This document shows, piece after piece, positions 38,698 through 48,075 of a DNA stretch of 64,000 nucleotides; positions within the stretch are counted from its first letter, which is position 1, and each line of letters opens with the position of its first letter. This stretch comes from an uncultured Candidatus Saccharibacteria bacterium. Lineage in GTDB: Bacteria; Patescibacteriota; WWE3; UBA101185; UBA10185. A program made the position numbers and the translations under genes. The notes under the pieces are model-generated. The model made no database searches and was not told the origin of the DNA. It was given only the letters and a program-made list of their open reading frames with translations. The DNA lies in assembly GCA_964385105.1 (NCBI GenBank), contig CAYLMU010000001.1:66252-130251 (forward strand), written 5' to 3'.

Positions 38698-38707
38698 AAT
38701 TTTAAAT

Positions 38708-39751
38708 ATGCAAAAAGAGGTAAACGATTATTTACACACACTTTTAAAAGAATTTAAGCCATATCTGCTTACTGAAGAAGACCAGAAAAAAACCGCGCGT
38801 GACAAAGCAGAATTTTTAACCGAAAAGCTCGCTTTGAGCAAATACCGCAAGAGAAAATTAGCTTCAACAACCCGCCAAGCCATATACAACAAAGTAAACA
38901 TGAGTATAGAACAAAACAGGCCATTACATTTTGTTATTCCTTTTGGAGGTTACAAACATTTTTGGAACCCTTCACACCCCGAGCCTGACTGGGCAGAACT
39001 GTTTAATTTTAGATATTTAACCGAATATGTCTCACCGGTGTTAGCAATACACGAACCCGGCGTAATCATTGAGTATGTATCAGAAGATATGATTATGACA
39101 AGAATGGATAATTACCCTCGTGATGTACTAGAAACATATGCGCGTGTTTTTAAAGAGCTTATAAACTGGTATAACAAGCAAACTCCAAACAATTTGGATT
39201 TTAGATATTTTAGGGTTGGCGATAGATGTGACAAAGAAAAAATAATACAAATTGTAGAGGGACTGCTTCCCGAAAGGCGGGCAATGTTTGATAAACTCTC
39301 ACAAAATGAAAAAGATAGGGAGCTTCATAGAAGCAAAAGGTCATTTTATTGGGACGGTGAGTTTGATTTTACACATTTAGATGATGAAGAAAAGTACAAT
39401 AAAATAGTGGAGTCACGTTTGATTGAACTTGCTTATTACGAAACCGAAGGGCTGCCGGAATTTCTGGGTGACTATCTAAGTAACGATGAACATATTTGTA
39501 TACTTTTTTCATTCGGCACCACTCCCGACAATGATGAATTTCAAGGTTTAACACTTGGATCAACGTACGGATCGCTCGTAGATCATTGGATTGGGAGAGG
39601 GGTTTTAGAAAAAAGAGAAAGTCAGTTCTTTCCGCGTATTGTTTCGAAACAGCAGTATGAGGATGCTAAAGAAAATATTATTGAGGTGATTATAGAAGAG
39701 CTACTTCCCTTTAAGAATTATAAGTTTATTGATGTAGTGGATAAGAGATGA
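38708..39751 (+). CDS. Hypothetical cytoplasmic protein (347 aa).
   Basis: Long ORF with coding-like composition; no recognisable domain. Confidence 0.5.
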   Translation: MQKEVNDYLHTLLKEFKPYLLTEEDQKKTARDKAEFLTEKLALSKYRKRKLASTTRQAIYNKVNMSIEQNRPLHFVIPFGGYKHFWNPSHPEPDWAELFNFRYLTEYVSPVLAIHEPGVIIEYVSEDMIMTRMDNYPRDVLETYARVFKELINWYNKQTPNNLDFRYFRVGDRCDKEKIIQIVEGLLPERRAMFDKLSQNEKDRELHRSKRSFYWDGEFDFTHLDDEEKYNKIVESRLIELAYYETEGLPEFLGDYLSNDEHICILFSFGTTPDNDEFQGLTLGSTYGSLVDHWIGRGVLEKRESQFFPRIVSKQQYEDAKENIIEVIIEELLPFKNYKFIDVVDKR

Positions 39752-39786
39752 GGGTCCGGCTAAATTAAAAACGAAGCCGGACCCTC
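39750..39786. terminator. Putative bidirectional terminator hairpin between convergent genes.
   Basis: Perfect 11-bp GC-rich stem GAGGGTCCGGC / GCCGGACCCTC with a 15-nt loop. Confidence 0.4.
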
Positions 39787-39807
39787 TGATTGGCAGGATT
39801 ATTCGGG

Positions 39808-40296
39808 TTACGCTGGGAACGCTGAATTTAGCCAAACCATAGCATAGGCTCGGGCATGAGAAAGACCCATACCTTTGATTTTGTCCAGTGACCTTAATAC
39901 AGCATCAATTTGGTTAGTTGAAGGTATCCCTTCGAACCAGCCCGAGGCGGACGCGCCGTAGATGCGGATCCAAGTGTTTGGATTCTTTATATTCGGGAAG
40001 TAGTGGCAAAGGATAGATACCACACAACCGGCTAAGAGATCCAGTGTTTTCTTCGATGGCGCCTCTTCTACTGCAATTATTTCTATCGCAACAGTAGAAC
40101 TATCTGCAGGCACCATACGTTCATTTATTTCGATGAACTGAAATACCTCATACTCAACCCGTAGCATTTGGAATTGCACGTCCATCGAACCCACTAATAG
40201 ACGTGTTACCTGTGCTATATCCTGCAGCATTGTTCGCATTTTTTCGCGATCAGTTTTCCGAACATCCCTGGAAATATAAACTGTCACACTCGCCAT
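39808..40296 (-). CDS. Hypothetical protein with GC content (~45%) above its neighbours (~33%).
   Basis: Long ORF with a compositional anomaly; no recognised domain. Confidence 0.45.
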   Translation of the reverse strand: MASVTVYISRDVRKTDREKMRTMLQDIAQVTRLLVGSMDVQFQMLRVEYEVFQFIEINERMVPADSSTVAIEIIAVEEAPSKKTLDLLAGCVVSILCHYFPNIKNPNTWIRIYGASASGWFEGIPSTNQIDAVLRSLDKIKGMGLSHARAYAMVWLNSAFPA

Positions 40297-40383
40297 CGTA
40301 AAAATCTCCTTTTTGTGGCGTGGATAAGCAAAATCAATTGTCGAGATTATACTATAGGCTCAAATACTTGTAAAGTTTTGTTG

Positions 40384-41088
40384 TTACAGGTTCCAAACTT
40401 GACTCACCTTATTAACAACATTGTCACTTGATAATCCATCAATGTAAATTAAGGGTGCAGAGTGCTTTTTTGTCTCGTCAATAAACCAACTGTTGTACAG
40501 CTCAGTCCAAATCGCTTCTTTTTCTTTATAAATGTCAGGATAGGGATTTTCGTTGTCCCACAAACCGTTTTCGTAAATTCTTTTAGTTAAAATAGTGTTA
40601 TTTTTTGCAGCTAAAAATACGCTCTTTGTTTGGAATTTCTTTCCTATCTCATTTGCAAACTCTGGTGTCACCCCTATACCTTCGACAATAAGATTTTCCC
40701 AGTCATAAAATTTTTCAGCTATAGCCCAAATACCTCTTTCAGCAATTTTATTCTGCTGTTTTTCTAGTTCAAACACTCGCGAAGGGTCGGTATATTTTGC
40801 ATAAAACTCTTCAATTTCCATACCCTCGTCATAATATAGATCTTGAGAAATCCCTGCGGGTCGAAGTTCTTTTAAAAGACCCCTAACATCATCCATGGAT
40901 ATAAATATATGATTTTGTTGTATTGCTAATGTTTTAGCGATTGACGATTTTCCTGCTCTCGGAGGACCACCGATTAAATAAAGGTTTTTAATCATACGAA
41001 AATTGTAGCATTTGTTAAAATAAACATGTGCAAAACCCCGAACCAGCAGCTTTAACCCATATAGCGCTAGGAATAGTCGCCAACGCAA
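40384..41088 (-). CDS. P-loop NTPase/kinase-family protein (true start likely the MIKNLYLIGG ATG at ~40995).
   Basis: Walker A GGPPRAGKSS near the N-terminus, then a DD motif (ISMDDVRG). Confidence 0.55.
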   Translation of the reverse strand: MRWRLFLALYGLKLLVRGFAHVYFNKCYNFRMIKNLYLIGGPPRAGKSSIAKTLAIQQNHIFISMDDVRGLLKELRPAGISQDLYYDEGMEIEEFYAKYTDPSRVFELEKQQNKIAERGIWAIAEKFYDWENLIVEGIGVTPEFANEIGKKFQTKSVFLAAKNNTILTKRIYENGLWDNENPYPDIYKEKEAIWTELYNSWFIDETKKHSAPLIYIDGLSSDNVVNKVSQVWNL

Positions 41089-41180
41089 ACAGCGAAGTGT
41101 TAATTATTCGGCGCAAAAAGACTGAAAAAGGTTCTGACAACGTAATTCTTAGCTGGGCATTTCCTATTCTTACCAACTAA
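41028..41180 (+). pseudogene. Possible NUDIX-hydrolase gene remnant, cut off just before the Nudix box.
   Basis: A 50-codon frame reads HIALGIVANANSEVLIIRRKKTEKGSDNVILSWAFP, resembling the NUDIX N-terminal strands (vavgii.n..gevLL.rR ... WeFPGG). It ends at a stop overlapping the pcrA 3' end. Confidence 0.25.
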
Positions 41181-43125
41181 AATTCCTTCTACGTTGATCC
41201 ATCTCATCCAAAAAATTGTTTATAGTTTCACTATCTGAGAAAAAGTTATTTTTTGTATGACCTTCTTGAGTCACTAAATCCTGGGGAATTTCTTTTATAA
41301 ATCTGCTTGGCATGTTGCTTTCTGTCCTACCAAAATAAAGTCTTTTACTTGCAAGTGTTATTACAAGTCTTTCCATAGCGCGCGTAACCGCTACATAGCA
41401 TAACCTACGTTCTTCTTCCAGTTCGGGAAGTTCCATTAAAGACCTTGAATGAGGAAACAAACCTTCTTCCATACCGATTAAAAATACAACCGGAAATTCA
41501 AGCCCTTTGCTTGCATGAATTGTCATTAAAGTTACAGCGTTTAGGTCTGTATTATTGGGTTTGTCGGTACTTTCAATTAACGCAACATTTTCTAAAAATT
41601 CTTCAAGGTCAATAAAAGTCGACGCCACCGACCGCAGCTCTTTAATGTTTTCTATTCTTTCAAGATTTTCTTCCGAACCGTCGTTTAGCCATTGCAAATA
41701 ACCTGTGTCACGCAAAACTTCGTCCATTAATTCAACTGTTGATAATGTTTCTTTTTGCTCCATCCACTTTAAAACCGGCAATTTTGCCTTAAATTCAATT
41801 TCAGCTACATTCCAACCGCCGTTTTTTATATCTTCTTTGGATTTTTGGCCAATTCCTCTGGGAGGAACATTTATAATTCGATCCCATGACACTGAATCTT
41901 TAGGGTTATGTATCACTCTCAAATACGCAATTATGTCTTTAACTTCTTTTCGTGAATAAAACCTAAAACCCCCAATAATTTTGTATGGAATGTTGTTTTT
42001 AATTAAATGTTCCTCAATGTTTCTTGACTGAGCGTTAGTTCTGTACAAAACAGCTATATCACTAAATGTTCTGCCTTGGGAAATTTCGCCAAAAATTTTT
42101 CCAACAATGTATTCTGCCTCTTCATGTTCGTTGTTTCCTGTATATACCTTTATTTTTTCGTTACTTTCTTTTTCAGTCCAAAGGTCAAGTTTAATGTGCG
42201 TTGAATTGTTTTTTATTATATTTTTTGCCGCGTCTAAAATTACTTGGGTTGAGCGGTAATTTCTTTCTAGGTTATAAAGTTCGGCTTCAGGGTAATCACG
42301 CTGAAAATTTAAAATATTTCGGTAATCTGCACCTCTAAAGCTATAAATCGCTTGTGACATGTCACCTACCACAAATAAGTTTTTGTATTTTTGAGCAAGC
42401 ACTTTTGTAAGCACATATTGAGCTTTGTTGGTGTCCTGGTATTCATCCACCATAATATATTTAAAAATGTCCTGGTATTTTTCTAAAACTTCCGGGTTTG
42501 TGTCAAAAAGCCTCACAGTTTCAACTAAAATATCATCAAAGTCTAAGGCGTCGTTAGCACGAAGTCTTTTTTGATATTCAGGATATATTTTTGCAACTGT
42601 TCTTTGAAAATATCCGTGTGCATAACTGCTATATTCGTCAGGATCAATAAGTTCTGATTTAGCATTTGATATTGTAGCTAAAACAGCATTCGGAGTGGTT
42701 TGTTTTGTATTAATTCCAAAGTCTTTTTCAATTGCCTTAATTAGTGAAAGCTGATCGTCTGAGTCATAAATTACAAATGTTGCAGGTATTCCAATTAAAT
42801 AGCCATCTTTTCGCAAAACTCTTGAACAAATTGAATGAAATGTACCACTCCAGGGAAGTTTTTTAATATTTAAATCTGTTGTGCTTAATATTCTTTCGAC
42901 TCTTTCTTTAATTTCTTGTGAAGCTTTGTTTGTGAAGGTTACGCATAAAATATTTGTCTCCGGCACTTGGTGCTCGAGTATTAAATGTGCCACACGGTGT
43001 GTGAGAACACGTGTTTTTCCGCTTCCCGGACCTGCTACTACAAGCGCAGGGCCGTCTTTATGTTGCACAGCCGGTATTTGTTGATCGTTGAGACCTAAAA
43101 GTGTTTGTGGTTTTTCTTCGGGCAC
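41170..43125 (-). CDS. pcrA: ATP-dependent DNA helicase of the UvrD/PcrA/Rep family.
   Basis: Walker A AGPGSGKTRVL and the full SF1 motif set. Confidence 0.85.
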   Translation of the reverse strand: MPEEKPQTLLGLNDQQIPAVQHKDGPALVVAGPGSGKTRVLTHRVAHLILEHQVPETNILCVTFTNKASQEIKERVERILSTTDLNIKKLPWSGTFHSICSRVLRKDGYLIGIPATFVIYDSDDQLSLIKAIEKDFGINTKQTTPNAVLATISNAKSELIDPDEYSSYAHGYFQRTVAKIYPEYQKRLRANDALDFDDILVETVRLFDTNPEVLEKYQDIFKYIMVDEYQDTNKAQYVLTKVLAQKYKNLFVVGDMSQAIYSFRGADYRNILNFQRDYPEAELYNLERNYRSTQVILDAAKNIIKNNSTHIKLDLWTEKESNEKIKVYTGNNEHEEAEYIVGKIFGEISQGRTFSDIAVLYRTNAQSRNIEEHLIKNNIPYKIIGGFRFYSRKEVKDIIAYLRVIHNPKDSVSWDRIINVPPRGIGQKSKEDIKNGGWNVAEIEFKAKLPVLKWMEQKETLSTVELMDEVLRDTGYLQWLNDGSEENLERIENIKELRSVASTFIDLEEFLENVALIESTDKPNNTDLNAVTLMTIHASKGLEFPVVFLIGMEEGLFPHSRSLMELPELEEERRLCYVAVTRAMERLVITLASKRLYFGRTESNMPSRFIKEIPQDLVTQEGHTKNNFFSDSETINNFLDEMDQRRRNFSW

Positions 43126-43157
43126 GGTGTAATGATAGCATACTGTATTATTAAGAT

Positions 43158-44792
43158 ATGATAAATTCTTTAACCACTGAACCTCTATCAGCTGATACAG
43201 AGGGGCCTACTCTCGAAAATACTCCAACAAAAGAAACTACAAGTGAACCTGTCCTGGAAATAGGTACAGACCTAAGTTTGGATAAAATTAATTTAACTGA
43301 GGGATCGTCTTTAGAGTTACCATTTTTAATTGAACTATATGAAAAAGATGTTCTAGAGATTACCTCCTTGCAAACTACAATGTTACAAATGGTAGCAGAT
43401 GGGAAAGATTTTGATGCGATTCTTGATAAATTAACAGAGATGGCCGTTGAATTGAATATTACAAATGAATTGTATTTTTTGCTCAACAAACAAACAGAAG
43501 AATTTGTTGAACGCAGAGAAAGAATTAAAGATGTCACACAAAACGGAAATTTACCACCATCTGAAGTTTTTGAGAGGGTTTTTGGAATACCTGCTACCGG
43601 AGAAGTTCAAATGAGGATTAGCCCTTTTACACTTTATTTTAACTGCTTGTATGAAAGCGATTTTGCTAAACTTTATTCTGGTATGTATTTGGACAAAAGT
43701 AGAGCGGAAGGCGCACAATTAAAAGATGTGGTACATATTGCAGGCTGTTTGCTTGGGGATGTAAGAGATCCTCAGCTCACGTGGGCAGTAAGTTTACAAA
43801 ACGGAACTAGAACCATGAAGGAGATTTCTGAGGATACTTTTTTGCATGAACAGGAACATGCAATAAATAAAATTATAATGGAACCTAATTTACGAAATAA
43901 TATTTATTTTATTCTCTTGAGAAATGCAAATGAGGAAGGAGATGAGTTAAAAATTGTAAGATTACTAAACCAATATCTCAGGTATGAGAGAAGTAAATAT
44001 GAAGCATTGGCGGCGGATGAGATTTTGGCACGATTTAAAGAAGGTAGATCGAGAATTTCTACTTATAACACTTTAACGCGATTGAGAGAGAACGGTGGGT
44101 TTTATGATTTTTTTTCCAATCAAGAAGAAAGCTTTAGAGAACAAGGCAAACTTGATACCAAGCATGTTTTAATTAGTGAAATTGGTGCATCCAGAAGCGA
44201 TCTTATAGATGATTCTATTAAAAGAGTAATGGTTGAAGATTATAGAAAGCTTTTACTACAGGGTTGTAATTCCTATGTAAGGTTGTTGGGTAGGGGTTTT
44301 ACTAAAGATGAAGTACAGACGATACTAAGAATGGTTCCATTAAGGCAATGGGAAAAAGTTTCCAACAGATTAGCAGAATATACTGCGCCAAGTTATGAAA
44401 ATTTTTATTTATTGGCAGGGTCACAAGTTCTTACATATACACAAGAGGGCAATTTAGTTACCGGTGATCTTGAAGGTCTCGATGAGTTAACAGGAGAACC
44501 AAATATTCGCATTATTAATCAGCAAAAGGAAGAAGAAATTTTACATGGAACATTTGAGGATTTACGCTTATTGAATTTTCCTTATAAAACAGCTAAAGAA
44601 TGGTACTCAGTATGGGTATTATCGGGTGGAAGAAAGCTTAAAGATTTTGAAAGTTTTATTTCATCAGACGATGAAGTTATACCTGCGGTTTTAGCTTGGA
44701 ATTTGCTTAAAAGAGCAAATGGAGGATTGCCAGATAAAAACGTATCAAGAGTTTTCAGAGCGTATAGAATGTTAGCAAGAAAGACATATTAA
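43158..44792 (+). CDS. Hypothetical 544-aa soluble protein with a single HExxH motif.
   Basis: No TM or signal peptide. FLHEQEHAINKI occurs ~25 aa before NEEGDE. Confidence 0.45.
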   Translation: MINSLTTEPLSADTEGPTLENTPTKETTSEPVLEIGTDLSLDKINLTEGSSLELPFLIELYEKDVLEITSLQTTMLQMVADGKDFDAILDKLTEMAVELNITNELYFLLNKQTEEFVERRERIKDVTQNGNLPPSEVFERVFGIPATGEVQMRISPFTLYFNCLYESDFAKLYSGMYLDKSRAEGAQLKDVVHIAGCLLGDVRDPQLTWAVSLQNGTRTMKEISEDTFLHEQEHAINKIIMEPNLRNNIYFILLRNANEEGDELKIVRLLNQYLRYERSKYEALAADEILARFKEGRSRISTYNTLTRLRENGGFYDFFSNQEESFREQGKLDTKHVLISEIGASRSDLIDDSIKRVMVEDYRKLLLQGCNSYVRLLGRGFTKDEVQTILRMVPLRQWEKVSNRLAEYTAPSYENFYLLAGSQVLTYTQEGNLVTGDLEGLDELTGEPNIRIINQQKEEEILHGTFEDLRLLNFPYKTAKEWYSVWVLSGGRKLKDFESFISSDDEVIPAVLAWNLLKRANGGLPDKNVSRVFRAYRMLARKTY

Positions 44793-44794
44793 TT

Positions 44795-45304
44795 ATGCTC
44801 ATACCCTACTCACACATGAAGAAAATAAACAGAAAACTTATTGTTGTATTAGTAATAGTTAGTATTATAGGTATAGCTATGGGCTTAAATTTACACCTTG
44901 ACAAATCCCCGAATCCAAAATCTACAGCTTCGGTGACTATAAATAACGCCAGAGTTTTTGTTGAGGTAGCACAAACACCCGCTGAAAAACAAAAAGGCTT
45001 AATGTTTAGAGAATATATGGCTGAAGACGAGGGAATGTTATTTATACTTGATTCAACGGGCATATATTCATTCTGGATGAAAAATACTTTAATTCCACTT
45101 GATTTGATTTGGTTTGACGAAAATTGGCGTATTGTTGATATAAAGCAAAATGTCCCCCCATGTACTGTTCCAACAGACCAAAGATGCCCAAGTTATACAC
45201 CAAAGTTACCAGTAAGATATACTTTAGAAGTAAATGGAGGGTGGGTTGAAAAGAATAATGTGTCTATAGGAGATTATGCTCAATATCAACCCCAAGTGTA
45301 CTAA
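44795..45304 (+). CDS. DUF192 (COG1430)-family protein, signal-anchored.
   Basis: GLMFRE...MLFI...IPLDLIWFDENWRIVDI pattern. Confidence 0.65.
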   Translation: MLIPYSHMKKINRKLIVVLVIVSIIGIAMGLNLHLDKSPNPKSTASVTINNARVFVEVAQTPAEKQKGLMFREYMAEDEGMLFILDSTGIYSFWMKNTLIPLDLIWFDENWRIVDIKQNVPPCTVPTDQRCPSYTPKLPVRYTLEVNGGWVEKNNVSIGDYAQYQPQVY

Positions 45305-46262
45305 ATCCATGATCCAGCATTAAAATCATATCGCTTCTTCTATCATTACTTCCTAAAACAACTCCTACAAGCTCTACCCCGTCATTTTCAGCATAAGATA
45401 CCAGGCAAAGACCTGCTGCTCCGGTATAACCGGTTTTCAAACCTAAAACCCCTGGATAAGTGTTTAATAAGTTAGTTTGATTATACAGTTGTTTTGTTGC
45501 ATGTTTACCCGGTTCTTCTAAAGTTTTTTCTAAAGTTTTGGCAATTTCTCTAAAATCAGGGTCTTTTAGTGCGTAGCGCGTTAGTTTTACAAGTTCATAT
45601 GCTGTGCTGTAAGTGTCGTTATCTAATCCGCTTGGGTCTGCAAAGTATGTATTTTCAAGACCCAGCTCTTTTGCTTTTAAATTCATCCAATATACAAATG
45701 TTTCTGTGTCTCCGGCTACTGCTTCAGAAATTGCATAAGCCGCGTCATTGCCCGAATTTAAAATTAGCCCGTACAACAACTCTTCAAGTGTATACTCTTC
45801 ACCTTCCAAAAGTCCCATAGAGTTTTCACCTATACTTGCAGCGTTTTTACTAATTACCACTTTTTGGTCTAGGTCAGCATGTTCCAAGGCTATGATTGCT
45901 GTCATTACTTTTGTGATACTGGCAATTTTTCTTTTTTCGTGTGCATTTTTTTCAAACACAACTTTTCCCGAATCAAGTTCAACTACAATGCCGGACTTGC
46001 CATTAACAATCGGTTGATTTGATGTATTTATTGTGTCTGTAGTTTGCCAGGAAATTTCAGGATCGTAAGATTTTTTTAATGTAGCAAAGTAATTTTGTCT
46101 GTCAGGAAGTTCTTTTTCGCTAACAAAACCGCTAATAACAAGGGTTTCAGAAGAGTGTGCGGAGCTAACTACCAGTGTTGCACTGATAATGACTATACTC
46201 GCCAAAATTATTAGGTAGCTTTTTTTGAGTACATTTCTCATGGGCAAGTGATATGTTATCAT
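45264..46262 (-). CDS. Serine-type D-Ala-D-Ala carboxypeptidase (PBP5/DacA-like, S11).
   Basis: SxxK (ASITKVMT), SGN (LNSGNDAA) and KTG (LKTGYTG) motifs. Confidence 0.85.
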   Translation of the reverse strand: MITYHLPMRNVLKKSYLIILASIVIISATLVVSSAHSSETLVISGFVSEKELPDRQNYFATLKKSYDPEISWQTTDTINTSNQPIVNGKSGIVVELDSGKVVFEKNAHEKRKIASITKVMTAIIALEHADLDQKVVISKNAASIGENSMGLLEGEEYTLEELLYGLILNSGNDAAYAISEAVAGDTETFVYWMNLKAKELGLENTYFADPSGLDNDTYSTAYELVKLTRYALKDPDFREIAKTLEKTLEEPGKHATKQLYNQTNLLNTYPGVLGLKTGYTGAAGLCLVSYAENDGVELVGVVLGSNDRRSDMILMLDHGFSTLGVDIEHNLL

Positions 46263-46302
46263 ATTTTTAGTAGAAATGCTTTTTTAGAATCAGGAGGTAT
46301 TT

Positions 46303-46569
46303 ATGATTACACTTATAGATTTTCACGCTGACTGGTGTGGTCCTTGTAAAATGATGGAGCCTATTTTTGCTGAGATTAAAGATGATTATGAAGGAAAAGT
46401 GGAATTCAAAAAGGTCGATGTTGAACAGGAAGGCGAATTAGCAGCAAGATTTAATGTATTGGCTATTCCAACCTTTATTATTTTGGATGAGCAGGGAGCC
46501 GAGAAATCCCGAAAGCGGGGTGCAGTGTCAAAAGAAGTTCTTAAAGAATGGATTAATAAAAATTTATGA
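46303..46569 (+). CDS. trxA: Thioredoxin.
   Basis: WCGPC active site. Confidence 0.9.
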   Translation: MITLIDFHADWCGPCKMMEPIFAEIKDDYEGKVEFKKVDVEQEGELAARFNVLAIPTFIILDEQGAEKSRKRGAVSKEVLKEWINKNL

Positions 46570-47657
46570 CAACACACAAAACCCGATTAGCAATAAATGG
46601 TTTCGGAAGAATCGGAAGATCTTCATTTAAGATAGCTTTTGAAAGAGATGATTGTGAAATTACAGCTATAAATGACCTTGCAAATCCGAGAGTTCTGGCG
46701 CATTTATTAAAATATGATACGGTTTATGGTACATACCCCCACGACGTGGCTGTTATTGAAGATGGCAAGAAAATAGAAATAAGTGCCTTTAGGGGAGAAA
46801 AGGATTTTTTTACAAAAACAGGCAAAGAAAACTATATTTTAATTGATAATACTTACAAAATCCGCGTACTTTCCGAAAAAGAGCCACAAAAGTTACCATG
46901 GAAAGAAAATGACATTGATGTTGTTCTTGAATGTACCGGAAGATTTGTAGAAAACGATGCAGCTGTAGCACACGTGGATGCGGGTGCAAAAAAAGTTGTA
47001 GTTTCGGCGCCGACTAAAGGTGGAGAAACAAAAACATACTTGCTTGGCGTAAATCACGACAAATATGCAGACGAAAAAGTTATATCTAATGCTTCATGTA
47101 CAACAAATTGTATATCTCCTGTAGTTTCAGTTATTCATAATAGATTTAAAATAATAAAATCAGCGCTAACCACAATTCATGCTGTAACGGCAGGTCAAAA
47201 TTTAGTTGACGGTGCGCCAAATCCGCAAAAACCAGATCTTAGACGAGCCCGAGCAGGTGCATGGAATATGGTTCCAACTACAACGGGAGCTACTAAAGCT
47301 ACAACACAAGCAATTCCTGAGCTTGAAGGAAAATTTGACGGTTTGGCAATACGCGTTCCAATAATGACCGGGTCGGTATCTGACCTCACATTTTTAGTCG
47401 AAAAAAAGACGACCAAAGAAGAAGTAAATGCAGCATTTGAAGACGCAGCAGCTAACCCTTTTTATAAAGATGTTTTGGCAGCAACTTATGAGCCAATTGT
47501 TTCGTCGGATATTATAGGAAGCCCCTATTCATGTATTGTTGATTTAAATATGACAAGTGTTATTGACGGAGATTTTGTTAAGGTGTTAGCATGGTATGAT
47601 AATGAATGGGGTTATAGTAATAGACTGGTAGAAATGGCACTTTTGGCCTCACAATAA
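46566..47657 (+). CDS. gap: Glyceraldehyde-3-phosphate dehydrogenase.
   Basis: NGFGRIGR NAD motif and the SNASCTTNC active site. Confidence 0.9.
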   Translation: MTTHKTRLAINGFGRIGRSSFKIAFERDDCEITAINDLANPRVLAHLLKYDTVYGTYPHDVAVIEDGKKIEISAFRGEKDFFTKTGKENYILIDNTYKIRVLSEKEPQKLPWKENDIDVVLECTGRFVENDAAVAHVDAGAKKVVVSAPTKGGETKTYLLGVNHDKYADEKVISNASCTTNCISPVVSVIHNRFKIIKSALTTIHAVTAGQNLVDGAPNPQKPDLRRARAGAWNMVPTTTGATKATTQAIPELEGKFDGLAIRVPIMTGSVSDLTFLVEKKTTKEEVNAAFEDAAANPFYKDVLAATYEPIVSSDIIGSPYSCIVDLNMTSVIDGDFVKVLAWYDNEWGYSNRLVEMALLASQ

Positions 47658-47703
47658 GTTTCAAACTAAATTTTAAAAGTAGTAAATTGTTTAGGAGAAT
47701 TTC

Positions 47704-48075
47704 ATGTTAGATGAAACAATAAAGAAGCGATTAAAAATAATTCAGGACTTGCAGGATGAGCTGGCTGCATTACAGGAACAGTACCAGGATGCACTTGAAA
47801 GTGATATGGCATATGTAAAAAACCAGGAAAGACTTGAAGAACTTAAAGAAGAAGCTAAAGAAAAAAGAGAAGCAATACAACAAAAAGTTACACAAAATTC
47901 AAGTTATAGTGCACTAAAAGAAGAAATAAACGAAAAAAAGCAGGATATTAAAGAAAATAAAGAAGTATTGTCTCAGGAATTAGTAGCTTACTACAAAGAA
48001 ACGGGAATTTCTGAAGTAGAAGATTCAGACGGTAATTTGAAAAAAATGAAATTTTCAGTGAAATTGGTGAGTTAA
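47704..48075 (+). CDS. Hypothetical coiled-coil protein.
   Basis: Charged heptad-rich ORF. Confidence 0.4.
   Translation: MLDETIKKRLKIIQDLQDELAALQEQYQDALESDMAYVKNQERLEELKEEAKEKREAIQQKVTQNSSYSALKEEINEKKQDIKENKEVLSQELVAYYKETGISEVEDSDGNLKKMKFSVKLVS

Noticed and set aside
40319-40327. DnaA-box-like cGTGGATAA upstream of the GC-rich gene.
   Set aside because: A single 8/9 match far from the origin is expected by chance in 64 kb; noted only as context.
43151-43537. 128-aa minus-strand ORF overlapping the start of the 544-aa gene.
   Set aside because: Ser-rich, low-complexity, and entirely inside the longer plus-strand ORF.
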